From NCBI RefSeq assembly GCF_036321535.1, contig NC_087438.1, forward strand, positions 115,692,001 through 115,756,000: a DNA stretch of 64,000 bases, read 5' to 3'. A model generated the notes under the pieces. It was not told where the DNA came from. It saw nothing but the letters and a program-made list of their open reading frames with translations, and ran no database searches. The stretch is from Camelus dromedarius (Eukaryota). Shown here piece by piece: positions 38,020 to 50,341 of this stretch. Position numbers and translations under genes: made by a program. How positions within the stretch are numbered: the first letter of the stretch is position 1; every line of letters begins with the position of its first letter.

Positions 38020-39165
38020 TATACATACAGCGCCTTCCTCACTGTTCATATCCCCCACTAGCATGGAGCATTTGTCACAATTGATGAACCTAGATTGACA
38101 CACCATCACCTAGGGCCCATAGTTTACNNNNNNNNNNNNNNNNNNNNNNNNNNNNNNNNNNNNNNNNNNNNNNNNNNNNNNNNNNNNNNNNNNNNNNNNN
38201 NNNNNNNNNNNNNNNNNNNNNNNNNNNNNNNNNNNNNNNNNNNNNNNNNNNNNNNNNNNNNNNNNNNNNNNNNNNNNNNNNNGAAAGGATTTTTTTTACC
38301 GTCCCCACCATTTTTTGCCTTTTCCAGAATGTCACATAATTGGAATCATACAGTATGTAGTATTCTCAGATTGGCTTCTTTCACTTAGTAATGCACATTT
38401 AGGTGCCTCTGTGTCTTTTTATGGCCTGATAGCTCATTACTTTTTAGCACTGAAGGATATTCTGTTGTTTAGATGTACCCCAGTTTGTTTATCCGTTCAC
38501 CTGCTGAAGGACATTGTGGTTCCTTCCAAATTGTGGCAGTTATAGATAAAACTTCTCTAAACATCAGTGTGCAGGTGTCTGTGTGCATGTTACTTTTCAG
38601 TTCCTTTGGGTAAAATACCAAGGAGCATGGTTACTGAAAACATACTGGTAAGAGTATGTTTTGTAAGAAACCTCCAAACTGCCTTCCAGATGGCCGCACC
38701 ATTTTGCATTCCCACCAGCAGTGAAGAAGAGTTCCTATTGCACCACATCCTGCCAGCAGGTGTTCTGGATTTTGGCCTTTGGTCATTCCTTCTAATAGGT
38801 GTGCTGTGGTAGCTGATTTAATTTGCATTTCCCTGCGGACATGATGGGCATCTTTTCATTGCTTATTTGTCTTCTGTAAATCTCGTTTGGTGAGGTTTTC
38901 ATTAAGGTCTTTGGCCCATTTCTTAATTTTTAAATTTAATTTAAATTTGTTTTCTTACTGTTGAGTTCTAAGTGGTCCTTGTATATCTTGGATGACAGTC
39001 CTTTATCAGATGTATCTCTTGCAGATATTTTCTCCCAATCTGGCTTTGTCTTTCGCAAACGATAAACCAGAAGTTTATCATTTTAATGAAGTGCAGCTTA
39101 TCAATTCTTTCTTTCATGGGGCTGTGTCTTTGGTGTTGTATCTCAAAAGTCATCGCCATACCCAA
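38020..39165 (-). mobile_element. L1MB/L1MC-type 3' fragment (N-run 38128-38282 inside)
   Basis: catttgtcacaattgatgaacctagattgacac..., gattggcttctttcacttagtaatg..., cattttgcattcccaccagcagtg..., atttgcatttccct...: antisense L1 3'UTR/ORF2 end. Confidence 0.85.
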
Positions 39166-41860
39166 GGTAGCTGTTGGTCCTTTAAATTGCTCCTAGTTTT
39201 CCCTTTTTTTTAATTATGGGCGTGTGTGTTTGTTTGTTTTTTCACTTTGGCTGTGAGGTCTGCCATGTCTGTGTCCTAATGCCCTGTTCTTTGTTTTGTG
39301 GACACCAGGTCTCCACCATGTTGATGCCAAAACCATGTGTGGGTTGGGAGTTTTGTTTGTTTTTTATTGTTTTTCTTTTTTAATAGTCTGTCTTCTGTTT
39401 TGCTTCCCTCCAAATGACTTGTTTGTTTCATTCGCTCCCATTGGGGGCTTTTTAAAAGGAGATAGGGGCATGGCTGTTTTGGGGCCTCCAGATTCAAGAA
39501 TCTATGGTTTGTTGTTGGTGGGTTTTTTTGTTTGTTGTTTTTTTTTTTTTAATTAAAGAATCCATAGGTCCTTGCTTTGAGGCCTCCGAGTCTCATGCGT
39601 GCCTCCCTGTTGACTTTGCTCTATCCCTCTGTTTCCAGTACAGTGCAAGCCCACGCCCTCCTCTGCCTGGATTGCAGTGAGAGCCCTTGGTTCTGTTGCT
39701 CCAAAAAGGCCCCTTGACTCCTGCAGGGCTGAGGGTGAGCACTTGGTCATGGTCAGACCCCACCAAAATTATCTTCTCCCACCCCCACCCCCCCAGCTTT
39801 TCTCTTTGTCCTTTTGAGTCAGTCATCACTTTTATTTATTTATTGTTAGTGATTTTAGGAGTAAACTGAGATGAATATATATGTTCATTTCATTCTGTCT
39901 TCCGTAATTTAGCCTTTATATTTGGGAAAATTGGCTGTCTGCAGAAAAGGAAATGTCATAATAAAGATCTTTTTAAGTTTTAATTTTACAAATAGTATTC
40001 AAAACCAAAAATAATTTAAAAGTGTCAAAAGTGCACTGAAGCCTGTGGAAAGGGGTCCACTGGTCACACCTAGGACTATTGGAGCATCTAATTCACAATA
40101 GGGTGGCTGGTTCTGACCCACTGAGTAACCTGGGAATACACGAGTTTACACCCTATCAATACACGGAGAACGGAATGGTGGTTCCTTACAGTAGAATGCT
40201 AACTAAGAACTGGAAGGAATGACTAAGTAGAAAATCACCATTTGACAATCCTCATGGCAGTAATTCCGCTGGGAGATGTTGGAGTGCTGAAGCCAGAGGG
40301 TAGAGGTTGGATGCGCGTAGTCACCCAGTGCTCTCTGATGACTAAGGCAGAAAGTAACTTACAGTGGAGACCTGTCGACTTCACCAGAGCCTGTCATCAG
40401 AGGTGACGTGGTGTGGTGGGGATCTGGGGCACACCCCCCATGCAGGGTGCAGTGGGGCATGCCTGTGGTGGGTGCATATCTGTGTCCTCCATGGAACTGG
40501 CCCCTGACCCCAGCAGTGTCCGTCCAAAGTCTAAAGACTGGGGAGCTCATGGTGTGCAGGGCAAGGCCCCTTCCACCAACACCCTCCCAGTGGTTGGGTA
40601 TGAGCAGCTCCCCGCCTGCTTGGAACAAGCTGTTTTTGGTTCAGTTGGTTTTCTGTCAACAAAGTTTTTTCCATTTGAAGGTTGCCCAGCCCTCCACAGC
40701 TTGGCTTCACCTCAAGGTGCTAAAAGTCCAGGTTCCTAAGCAATCAGCATTTGAGAAAGTGACTGTTTGTCCCTAAGGCCTTTTTGGAAATAAAAAAAAG
40801 TTGAAGAATCAAAGTACTAAGCATGGAGAAGCCAGGCCTGAGCAGTTTTGGTCATTTGGGAGCATTTAGAATAGGAGATCCTCTCTTCCATGAACCCCAC
40901 TCCCCCACAGCTATAGTCAGTTGTCCCTTCCTGCAGATCTGGGTGTCTGGGGCCAGGCTCTAAACTTAGTCCCAGCCAGCTCCATGGTGCCCCAGTGTTA
41001 CTGCTCTCCTGAGGGAGGGGAGCCTGGGGGGGAGCTCAGGCAAAGCATGCACATTCTCATGCAATTATGTTGCTGCACCACGTGGACCTCCTCCTCTCTG
41101 GCACAGTGTTGACCACAGCTCACAGGAAAGTACCCCCCTGACAGACTCCCCAGGGCCACTGCTGTGGCCTCATTCTTGGACTGAATGCCGTGGTGTGCTG
41201 GCCTAGGGCCCAGGTTTTCCCATTCCCGAGGTCCTGCCTGCAGGGAGCTAAGCGCTCAGCATGTTAGTAAAGGTTGGCTTTTGGTTTCTGCCATGGGCTC
41301 TCCCAGCTGCTCATGCACTGGTTGTCTTAACATTAGACTGTGTTTCACAGAAACGTGGGGCAGTTGGGAGACATGGTGGAGTCTTGGAGTGGTTATTTCT
41401 GGTCCCATGAAAAGTTCTACTTTAGATTGTGGAGGATCTAGCATTCATTTGAAAGCCACACCTCCTCACACGTGTTGGATATTGTGCCCCACAGTGGCAG
41501 GTTGAAGGACTTAGAGGTAAGTCGCCCTGTGGCCTTGGGTGTCACTTTCTGAGACAGCGGCAGTGGCTGCTTCAAATTCCGATTAGCCCTGTTCCTAAGA
41601 TTCCCATATTCTTCCTTTTAAGGGTGATTTGAGGGCTCAAGAGACAGGTAGGGAGGATTCTTTTTCTTTTGCTTGGGAGCAGGAATTTTGTCAGCTTATG
41701 CCTTGTGAAGTTTTCAGGAGAGAGCAGGATGTGTGTCTCTGTCTGTGGGTGGTCTCCGAGTTGCTCCTGTTCTGCTGGCCCTGGGCAACACAGAGAGAGA
41801 CCTGGGACTCCTTGTCTCTGCAGGTTTCTCTGGCCATTGTTGCTCCCACCAGTCTACAGC

Positions 41861-42008
41861 ATGGGGAATATCTTTGCGAACCTCTTCAAGGGCCTTTTTG
41901 GCAAGAAAGAAATGCGCATTCTTATGGTGGGCCTGGATGCTGCGGGAAAGACCACCATCCTGTACAAGCTGAAGCTGGGTGAAATTGTGACCACCATTCC
42001 CACAATAG
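41861..42008 (+). CDS. ARF1: ADP-ribosylation factor 1, coding exon 1 (exon begins 41824; ATG 41861)
   Basis: [49 protein letters not shown]; 148 nt; donor G|gtgagg. The four exons total 546 nt = 181 aa plus stop. Confidence 0.98.
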
Positions 42009-42036
42009 GTGAGGAGACTGGGTCTTGGGAGGCTGA

Positions 42037-42285
<249 letters not shown>

Positions 42286-42305
42286 TGACTGCCGTTCCCT
42301 TGCAG

Positions 42306-42430
42306 GTCTCATCTTTGTGGTTGACAGCAATGACAGAGAGCGTGTGAACGAGGCCCGCGAGGAGCTCATGAGGATGCTGGCAGAAGATGAGCTCAGGGAC
42401 GCAGTTCTGCTCGTGTTTGCTAACAAACAG
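42306..42430 (+). CDS. ARF1: ARF1 coding exon 3
   Basis: (G)[41 protein letters not shown]; 125 nt; donor gtacac. Confidence 0.98.
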
Positions 42431-42467
42431 GTACACGTGACTGAGCTACCCTGTGTGCTGGCGGTGA

Positions 42468-42749
<282 letters not shown>

Positions 42750-43891
42750 GCTGTGCTCCTCTCTCCTCCCCTCTCACTCCCTCCTTCTACCCTCGCTTTA
42801 CTCTCATGTGGCAAACGTGCCCCTGTGGTGTGAGTGCCAGAAGCTGTCTCCATGGTTGGTCACAGTGTGCTTCACCATGCTGTAAATGTGCAGACGCAGC
42901 CTGCAACTGGGTTTTTATTTAATGTAAATAGTTTTTGTTTCCAATGAGGCAGTTTCTGGTACTCCTATGCAATATTACTCAGCTTTTTTTATTGTAAAGA
43001 AAATCAACCCACTGTTTAGTACTGAGAAGGGATTTTAGGCACACGGGTCATCCAGGAGTCGCTGTTTCAGATGAGCCCGATGCTCCTCCTCTGGGCTTTA
43101 GATCTGTGTTGAGATCCATTTTGGTGGTTGGTTTTTAACCCAAACTCAGTGCATTTTTTAAAATAGTTACAAATACAAGATAAGGAGAACACTTGAACAC
43201 ACAGAAGGGAGAAATGTGCCTAGTGTAGGTTCTGCAGTAATGGCCTGAGCCCAGTCCACCAGTGGTCTTTTCCCCGTTGGGAACATGAAACGGGGCAGAA
43301 CCAGCCATGATCCATTCTGCATGGTCACAATAGGGTTCCCGTGATTCGCTCTGTCTCGGGTCACCCGACACCCCATAGCGTTTGTGCTTGTGTTTGTGCT
43401 TACACAGCGGCCCAGGAGATGGGCTGGAGGCTGCTGCCCCCGCTCTCAGACCCCCTGGAGAGACCCCGGCCTTCTCTTGGGTCAGCACGGGCACTTGGGT
43501 CAGAACGCTCTCGCTGGCCTGCCCCGGGCCCTCTGGGGTCTCACCAGCAGGAGCGCAGGCAGTCACCCTAGAGCCCCAGCCCCTCAGAGCCCCTGTCTAC
43601 ATGTGCTTTCACCCCCTCAGCCTGCAAGGGTCAGATTTGCCATCGAAAATGAGAACCTCTACTTTTTTCTTTTGTATTTTGATAAACACTGAAGAAGCTG
43701 GAGCTGTTAAACTTTATCTTGGGGAAAACCTCAGANNNNNNNNNNNNNNNNNNNNNNNNNNNNNNNNNNNNNNNNNNNNNNNNNNNNNNNNNNNNNNNNN
43801 NNNNNNNNNNNNNNNNNNNNNNNNNNNNNNNNNNNNNNNNNNNNNNNNNNNNNNNNNNNNNNNNNNNNNNNNNNNNNNNNNNNNNNNNNNN
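42750..43891 (+). other. ARF1: ARF1 3'UTR; poly(A) signal probably hidden in N-run 43736-43891
   Basis: Blocks resembling the human ARF1 3'UTR (actctcatgtggcaaacgtg; gataaacactgaagaagctggagctgttaaactttatcttgggg) run up to the N-run; no AATAAA visible in 42750-43735. Confidence 0.7.
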
Positions 43892-45139
43892 ATGTTTGGG
43901 TGCCCCTGACTGACAGCCTGCCTCCTGGGAGGTGGGCAGGGACAAGCCACTTACTTGTGACTTAGGGCAGCCGACCCCTGACCTGATGCCTCATTCCCTC
44001 CCTCTGCCCACTCCTTCCCTGGGCCAGCAGCATCAGATCTTCACTTTTCCCATGGGAAAGAGTGGGTATGTGCTAGCACTCTTGCGGTGACCCCCTTCCT
44101 CACTGGTCTCCTTGTTGGCAGTTCAGCCCCCTGGGCCCAGTCTTGGCAATGCCAGGTCGTGAGAAGTTCAGCAGGGTTACCACATGGGGTATGCCCGAGA
44201 GGCCAGGGCCAGGGGTGGTGTGTGGAGGAGGGCCCTCCGCCCCTTCCTAACATCCACCCTTTGTGATACCCCTTGGCCAAGCTCCATGTCACTGCCAGTG
44301 ATCAACCTCGCTGGGTGCTTTATTGTCCCTGTGCTGTGGACCCCCTCCCACTTTGGGGGGAGGTTGTCCCTCTGACCTGGAGCCCTTCTTGGCACCCCTC
44401 TCCCCACACCCCCCTACTGGGTGGCAACTAGCAGGCCAAGGTCCAGGTGTCCTGCCCCTAGGAGGTAGACTGCTCCGCCCTAGATAACAATCTCCTCTGA
44501 CAGGTTGAAAACCAGTGCCGGTGCTCTGAAGACAGAATTGCCTTCAGTTCTCAATTCTTTCAGTATCAGAGGCAAAACAAGAAAACTCATTAATAGTGAA
44601 TCAAGCCTGGGTTTTGTCTTTATTCCAGTGTGGTTGTAAAATGGTTAAGTTTTCATTTTTTTCTGTGGATGGTTCTATCTTCGCCTTCCAGCCAAGTGGA
44701 AGGAGCCAGTGCCTTTACAGCATGCAAAAGGGGTAGGTATGGGACAGCGGTTAGATCACTTGGTGGCCTGGGGAGAGATGGGTGGCTCCAGCCATAAGTT
44801 TTAAGTCCACCTCCCAATGATCTAAGTGCCCAGGCCAGTGCAGGCCACCCCTCTTAGTATACTCATCCACTTGAAGCTGAGCACCTTTTGGTCCCACTGC
44901 CCTCCCTGCAGGCCACACATGACCTAGGGTTCTTGGTACACCTGAAGTTGATGCAGGGGCCAGGGCCACATGGGACCCCAGGATGCTGACCACCAAAAGG
45001 ACAGTGCCCCCTCCCAGTGGGGTTGCAGGTGATCTTGCTGGGACCCAAGAGATTGACCACATTTTCATACATCACTTTCTATTGTGACATGTGACAGCAA
45101 CTTTCCCTTTAGTATGAGATGCTTTCCACTTAAAATAAG

Positions 45140-45145
45140 TTTATT
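45140..45145 (-). terminator. C1orf35: C1orf35 poly(A) signal AATAAA
   Basis: tttatt on the plus strand, about 120 nt past the stop codon. Confidence 0.75.
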
Positions 45146-45263
45146 TAAGTACAAAGAGTGAGTCAATACAAAGAAAAGAGGAAGTAGCCGTACTTGGCCA
45201 CAGCTAACCCCCTCTGGGGGCCTGGGATGACCCCCACAGGCCAGCCCTCCAGATCCCTTGGCT

Positions 45264-45321
45264 TCAGTCGCTGTCGTGCCGGCGCTTCCTCCTGCAGCAA
45301 GGCGAGGAGTCAGAGTCATGC
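45264..45321 (-). CDS. C1orf35: C1orf35 (MMTAG2) exon 8, last
   Basis: ctccctag|G CAT GAC; HDSDSSPCCRRKRRHDSD*; 58 nt. The eight exons total 714 nt = 237 aa plus stop. Confidence 0.85.
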
Positions 45322-45403
45322 CTAGGGAGACCAGGGGACACCTGCTTTGAGGTCCTCTGCCTGCCTCGCACTCCTCCCTCCACCCCTAGGCAGCTGCACC
45401 TAC

Positions 45404-45529
45404 TGAGTGGAAGCAGAAGGCAGTGAGGAATCTGGTCCCCTCCCATGCTCCTTTTCTTTCTTCTTCTTCTCTTTCTTGTGCCTCTTCTTCTTTTTCTTCT
45501 CTTTCCTGCTTTTCTTGTGGCTTTCAGGG
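45404..45529 (-). CDS. C1orf35: C1orf35 exon 7 (Lys-rich)
   Basis: cag|C CCT GAA; PESHKKSRKEKKKKKRHKKEKKKKEKEHGRGPDSSLPSAST; donor CA|gtaggt keeps the frame with exon 8. Confidence 0.85.
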
Positions 45530-45599
45530 CTGCAAGGGGGGTGGATACACAGTGCTGATAGCCACTGGGGCTTTGAGGGCCTAGCACAAGTGGGGCCAC

Positions 45600-45740
45600 A
45601 GCAGTAGCTACTGACCACATGTAGCCATTTCAACTTCAAGTCACTAAGGGAAACTACTCAGTAACATGTGTGGCCAGTGACTACCATGGTGGGCAGCACA
45701 GACACACCCAACTGTAGCAGAAAGGTCTACAGGGCAATAC
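45600..45740. mobile_element. MER3-like hAT fragment in C1orf35 intron 6
   Basis: gtagctactgaccacatgtagccatt...acatgtgtggccagtgactaccatggtgggcagcacag resembles MER3/MER33 ends. Confidence 0.65.
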
Positions 45741-46066
45741 CTGTCTGACAATCTCATGGCCCCTTCCAGCCCTCCCACTGGGATGCCCCTGGCACCTTTG
45801 GGGCAAAGTGGTGGTCCCCTCATGTGAGCCCTAGACACCCCCGTGCAAGTGGCCCATATCTGAACATCCTCCAGGGCCCCTGACCCAGCTGAGGGTCAGC
45901 GGGCACTTGTAGGACCGCCCCAGGGCTCACGACCATGAGAAGCTCCCCAGAAGAAAAAGGGAGCTGAAGCTGGGAACCTCACTCACTGAGGGAAGTAGCC
46001 AACATGCAGAGAGAACTGAGTTCTGTGCCCCCAGGGTGGAGTGAGGGGCCCTTAGCCAGCCCTTAC

Positions 46067-46152
46067 CTGGGCTCCACCTCCTCTGAACGAGGCTTCCTCT
46101 TGGCAGAAGCTAGGGAAGCCACCCCTGGCCGACTGCTCTCCACGCGGTGGTG
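46067..46152 (-). CDS. C1orf35: C1orf35 exon 6
   Basis: HHRVESSRPGVASLASAKRKPRSEEVEP; 86 nt; cag / gtaagg. Confidence 0.92.
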
Positions 46153-46342
46153 CTGGAGAGAAAGGCCACTCTGGGGGCGTGCGGGATACCCCGGCATGCC
46201 CATGCCAACAGGGAAGAACCAGTCAGAAAGCGGGGAAGGTTCCCCCAACGGGAGACGGCCTGCCCCGTGGCCCTCAACAGGAAGAGGCACTCAGATTGCC
46301 TCCACCCCCACCATGGGATCCCAGAATGTTTGGGGGGATTAC

Positions 46343-46415
46343 CGTGAACACCGAAAGCCCCAGTTTAGCGGCCTCTTTGTCTTCCCGGGACAGCGCCACT
46401 CGCCCTGCAGAGCCA
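46343..46415 (-). CDS. C1orf35: C1orf35 exon 5
   Basis: [24 protein letters not shown]; 73 nt; cag / gtaatc. Confidence 0.93.
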
Positions 46416-46635
46416 CTGCGGGGATGCGGGTGAAACCACCCTACAGTGAGAGCCCACCCCCGTGGCGAGGACTGCCCCCCCACCCCAACTCCCCGCAACT
46501 CTCGCCTCCCTAGAGGTGGTGCGCCCGGTTGAAAATTCGTGCCGGTTACCACCTGGGCGGCTGACGGTGCGAAGACCCAAGGAACTGCACCCTCGTGATT
46601 TCTGAAGCCCCGGAAGACAGGCCCCGGCCCCGCAC

Positions 46636-46715
46636 CTGGAGCTCCCCAGGCCCAGGAGCCGGTCTACTCCCTTCTCAGGGTCACCTCCTTCCCGCTTACA
46701 GACCTCGACAAAGTC
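46636..46715 (-). CDS. C1orf35: C1orf35 exon 4
   Basis: [26 protein letters not shown]; 80 nt; cag / gtgcgg. Confidence 0.93.
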
Positions 46716-46810
46716 CTGTGGGGGGTGAGGAGGGAGTGCAAGCGCTCGCCGCAGCGCGAGGTCAGCCCCCGCCCCAACCCGCTCCCGCCCTCCAGGTGGA
46801 TCCATCTCAC

Positions 46811-46856
46811 CTCCTTGCTCAGGCCCGTGGGCTGCTTCCTTACGTTCTTGTAGCCT
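46811..46856 (-). CDS. C1orf35: C1orf35 exon 3
   Basis: [15 protein letters not shown]; 46 nt; cag / gtgaga. Confidence 0.93.
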
Positions 46857-46996
46857 CTGCGGGGGCCGCGCGCGAGCTTCAGGGAGCGGCGGGCCTCGCC
46901 TCGGCCCCCGCCCCCACCACCCCCGGTCCCCGACCTCCCCGTCGCGCCCCCACCCAGAGGCGCGCCCCCATCCCCCAAACCCCGAGGCGCACTCAC

Positions 46997-47147
46997 AGCG
47001 CTGCCATGAGCGCCTCCTGCTCCGCCTGCCTCACTGCCGCCAGCTCCTGCTCCCGGCTCAGCCCCGCTCCGTGCGCCCGGCCCTTGGCGTACCAGGTGAG
47101 GTCACGGCCTTTCTGCCAGCGGCCCACCGGGGCCATGAGCGAGTTTC
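46997..47147 (-). CDS. C1orf35: C1orf35 exon 2
   Basis: [49 protein letters not shown]; 151 nt; cag / gtgagt. Confidence 0.95.
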
Positions 47148-47236
47148 CTGCGGGGAACGGAGCGCTGAGTTCTCGGCACGGCCCACGGGCTGGCGCACCG
47201 TAGCCCGCGAGCCCCCAGTCCTCGTGCCCCGCTCAC

Positions 47237-47330
47237 CCAGGTAGTTCTCCCTCTGTTTGTCAGTCTTCACATCCTCCCAGCTGAACTGGTCCTGCCCGCC
47301 GCGCACGCCGCCCCGGCTGGAGCCGAACAT
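47237..47330 (-). CDS. C1orf35: C1orf35 exon 1 (multiple myeloma tumor-associated protein 2 N-terminus)
   Basis: [31 protein letters not shown]; 94 nt; donor gtgagc; the MMTAG2 N-terminal motif is recognisable. Confidence 0.96.
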
Positions 47331-47379
47331 GGTACCAGGCTGCCCTCTATCCCCGGGATTCCCGGTACCCAGGCCCCAC

Positions 47380-47480
47380 CGGTCCCCGCTCCTACTCCCG
47401 CGTCGCGAGCAGTGACGTCACGCCCGCGCCACCCCCCGCGCGCCTGCGCACTGTTCCTCGCGCGCTTGCGCCCTACCCGG
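47380..47480 (-). promoter_or_regulatory. C1orf35: C1orf35 CpG promoter with full CRE and NRF1-like site
   Basis: TGACGTCA at 47413-47420; GCGCCTGCGCA at 47440-47450. Confidence 0.75.
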
Positions 47481-48273
47481 TTCCGGCCTTGAGCGCCTGC
47501 ACGCTAGCCGGGTACACGCAGTGGCACAGGCAAGGGTGAGGCGGCTGGACTCAAGCGCCCCACTGGCACGACAGCCGTTATTATAAGTCACATTGTGTGG
47601 GTGATGCCTCAAAGTCACCTTTCCCAGTGTGTGCCGCGTTCCTGGGGCTGTGCTGGAAGAGGGGAGGGCACCGGGGAAACGGTGTCTGCAAACCTGGCCT
47701 AAGGATTCCGACTATAGCTGCTCCAGGTTTCTTTCTATCCGGTAGCGGACTGCCCTGGAGAGAGCATTCAAGGTCAAGACGCGTTTGTACCGTTCAGCTG
47801 CCACCCTAGGGGATACCGGCTGTGTCCAGTTCCTAAAGGAGCATGCAAGCACACCTCATCGCACATGTTCCCCAGGCAGAGCAGAGAACGCCTCGGTCAT
47901 CTCGGGTTGGCAGAGCTCCTCTGCTGCTGTCAGCTGATGGTTCAGTATACAAAGTAAAGGGAGCTGCTTACTGGGCAAGTGTGTTCCGTTTATCACTACG
48001 GCGGACGACTAGACTCGGTGGTAACACTTCTAGTGGGCAGGGTGCAGCCATTGGCCAACCCCCAATGAATTGAAACCTTAGGGTGAACAAGTGATTTCTG
48101 AGGGATTTACAAAAGGTGTCATGTATGTCACTTGTATGCCCTTTGTACCGGATACTGCCCTCCTGCAGGTTGCTCAGTGAGTTCACCTGATGGACTGCCA
48201 AGGAGGGAAATGAACAGAGGCCCTTCACCTGGCTCTCTTCTGAACATGCTTTCTGGGGCACCCTCACCTGCCA

Positions 48274-48287
48274 CCGCTAGGGGGCGC
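48274..48287 (+). promoter_or_regulatory. Candidate CTCF site
   Basis: CCGCTAGGGGGCGC matches the core CCRSYAGRKGGCRS at 14/14 positions. Confidence 0.6.
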
Positions 48288-49266
48288 GCTTGAGCACGCA
48301 AGGAGGCTGGTAGGGCCTAGAGTGCACAGGCCCAGGCGTGGTGGACGTCCCTGTGTACCTGCACAGTGCTGGTGTGGTGAGCAGACCAGAAGGGGGCGGG
48401 GAGGGGGCCCTGCTAAAGAGGAGTCCAAAGGTGAGTGCTCAGCCCAGCATCCTTCCCCGAGAACAGATGCAGGGTTCCTCTCCCACAGGCTGCTGGCTCC
48501 TGCCCCCCAGGTGATGCCCAGGCACCTTCTCCGTATCAATTATATGGCAGTGCTCTATGACTCAGGTTTATGAGAGAGAGCATGACAGCCAGGGTCCTTT
48601 GATGGAACCCCAGGATCTAACAAGATGCAGCCCCAGGCCTGGGCCAGGTCAGCTGCACTTAAAAAAGGTTGGGAATTGTCCTGAAACCAACCCCTGGAGC
48701 AGAAAGGCAGCAGTTGACCAAAAGGCCTAGCAGATTGTAACTTGAATGCACTACAGAACCTAGTGGAGTTAACAAAGGAGGCTGGCCACTGCTCTTGGCC
48801 TGCTGAACCAGGTAGGGCTGAGGGAGCCCTAGGAAGGGGCAGGGCAGACCAGCTGCAGGCTGGGTGCAGATATCCTTGGATCCTAGACACCCTATTCCTC
48901 CCCCTGCTCTTGGTGGCCACTGTGCTCCCCCAGGAGAGTTCCTAGTGTCCCTGAGGCTGAAGACAACACTAAGATCAAGGAGGCTCCAGGACCCAGAGGG
49001 ACAGGCTCAGCAGTGGCAAGGCTTCCCTGCAGCAGGAGACACACCCGTAACCTTGATAATGTTGACAACTCACATGCCCTTTGGGCCTCATCCTAAAACT
49101 ACAACTTGACCAAATTCTAAGCCCTTTAGTCAGCTCAGCTGCAGAGAAACCCTTTGGGCTGGGGCACATGAAAAGGGAAGACAAGGTAGAGACGACTTCA
49201 TAAGCACATGATTTAAAGACACACGATTCTTCTCCCTCCACAGGCCAGAGCAGCTACCAGGCACCA

Positions 49267-49419
49267 TCACTTTTTGGTCCAAAACTTCTTGTACTGCTCC
49301 ACATCAAAGTCGTCACTGAGCTCTGGCTCCTCCTCCTTCTCCTCTCTCAGCTGGGCCTCTCGTTTCCGGAACCGTGCACGCCTCTCCTCTGGAGACAGAG
49401 AGTCCAGGTCCACAGGCAT
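49267..49419 (-). CDS. MRPL55: Mitochondrial ribosomal protein L55 (bL31m), last exon
   Basis: cag|ATG CCT; [50 protein letters not shown]; 153 nt. The three exons total 384 nt = 127 aa plus stop. Confidence 0.95.
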   Translation of the reverse strand: MPVDLDSLSPEERRARFRKREAQLREEKEEEPELSDDFDVEQYKKFWTKK

Positions 49420-49842
49420 CTGCAGAGAGGAAGGTGTGTGTACACGGCTCAGGCAGAGGGGACCAGGACGTTCTCCTGGGTCGCCACTTCTCCTTGTTCT
49501 CTACCACACAGTTTAGGTTTTATGTGTTCTGTTGGGTTTTCTCTCCCTTCAACGCTTTTATTCCTTAAAAAAAAGGAAAATGAAAAAAATCTTTTCCTGC
49601 TTGTTTTCCCAAGACTTGATCTTTTTAAAATACATACCTCATTGCTGCTTTCTTACCTTGGTGAGTGGAGTAAGCTCCAGGTCACCCTCCTTCTCCTCCT
49701 CAAACAATTCTGCTCCATGACTTGCCCTCCCTCCCCTGACCAGTTTTAGTAGGTTCTGAACCCACAAGCCCCTGGAGGTGCAGTTTCTACAGACTAGGTC
49801 CACTGAGACCTGCACCCCAGGGAGTGCTGGAAAGAAACTTAC

Positions 49843-50047
49843 TGTGAGCATCCGTCTCGGCTCCCGGTAGCGAATGTGGATGGTGGAGCCATCCTGCTTG
49901 ACCAGGAGCACAGGGTAGAGGCGTGCGTAGGTCTGCCGGTGTACACGAGTGAGTGAGGCTCTGTTGCAGTCAGCCCGCCAGGAGGACACACAGAGCCAGC
50001 GGCGGCTCTCAAGGGTGGCCCCTGTCACCACACGCTGCCACAGCAGG
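49843..50047 (-). CDS. MRPL55: MRPL55 middle coding exon
   Basis: LLWQRVV...[48 protein letters not shown]; 205 nt; cag / gtaagt. Confidence 0.96.
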
Positions 50048-50341
50048 CTGCAGACATACAAGCTCTGGTCAGTGGCTGGTGCTGGGACCAGAGCATTCAT
50101 ATGGCCCAGCTCCTATGGGGGCCCACAGCAACCCACATCAGGGCAGGATGGGGTCAGAGCAGCTCCACTCGACATCCAGGAAGAGGCTGCAGAGGTGAGC
50201 CCACAAGGCTCTGAGATGGGTGAGGACAGAGTCTGCAGCCAGGATCCTGGCAGGTCTCTCTGGTGAGGCTTGGCCCCACAGCTATGGTACTGGACTACAG
50301 CACTCAGTGGAAAGCTGACTTCCAGGCGAATGCAAACCTGG

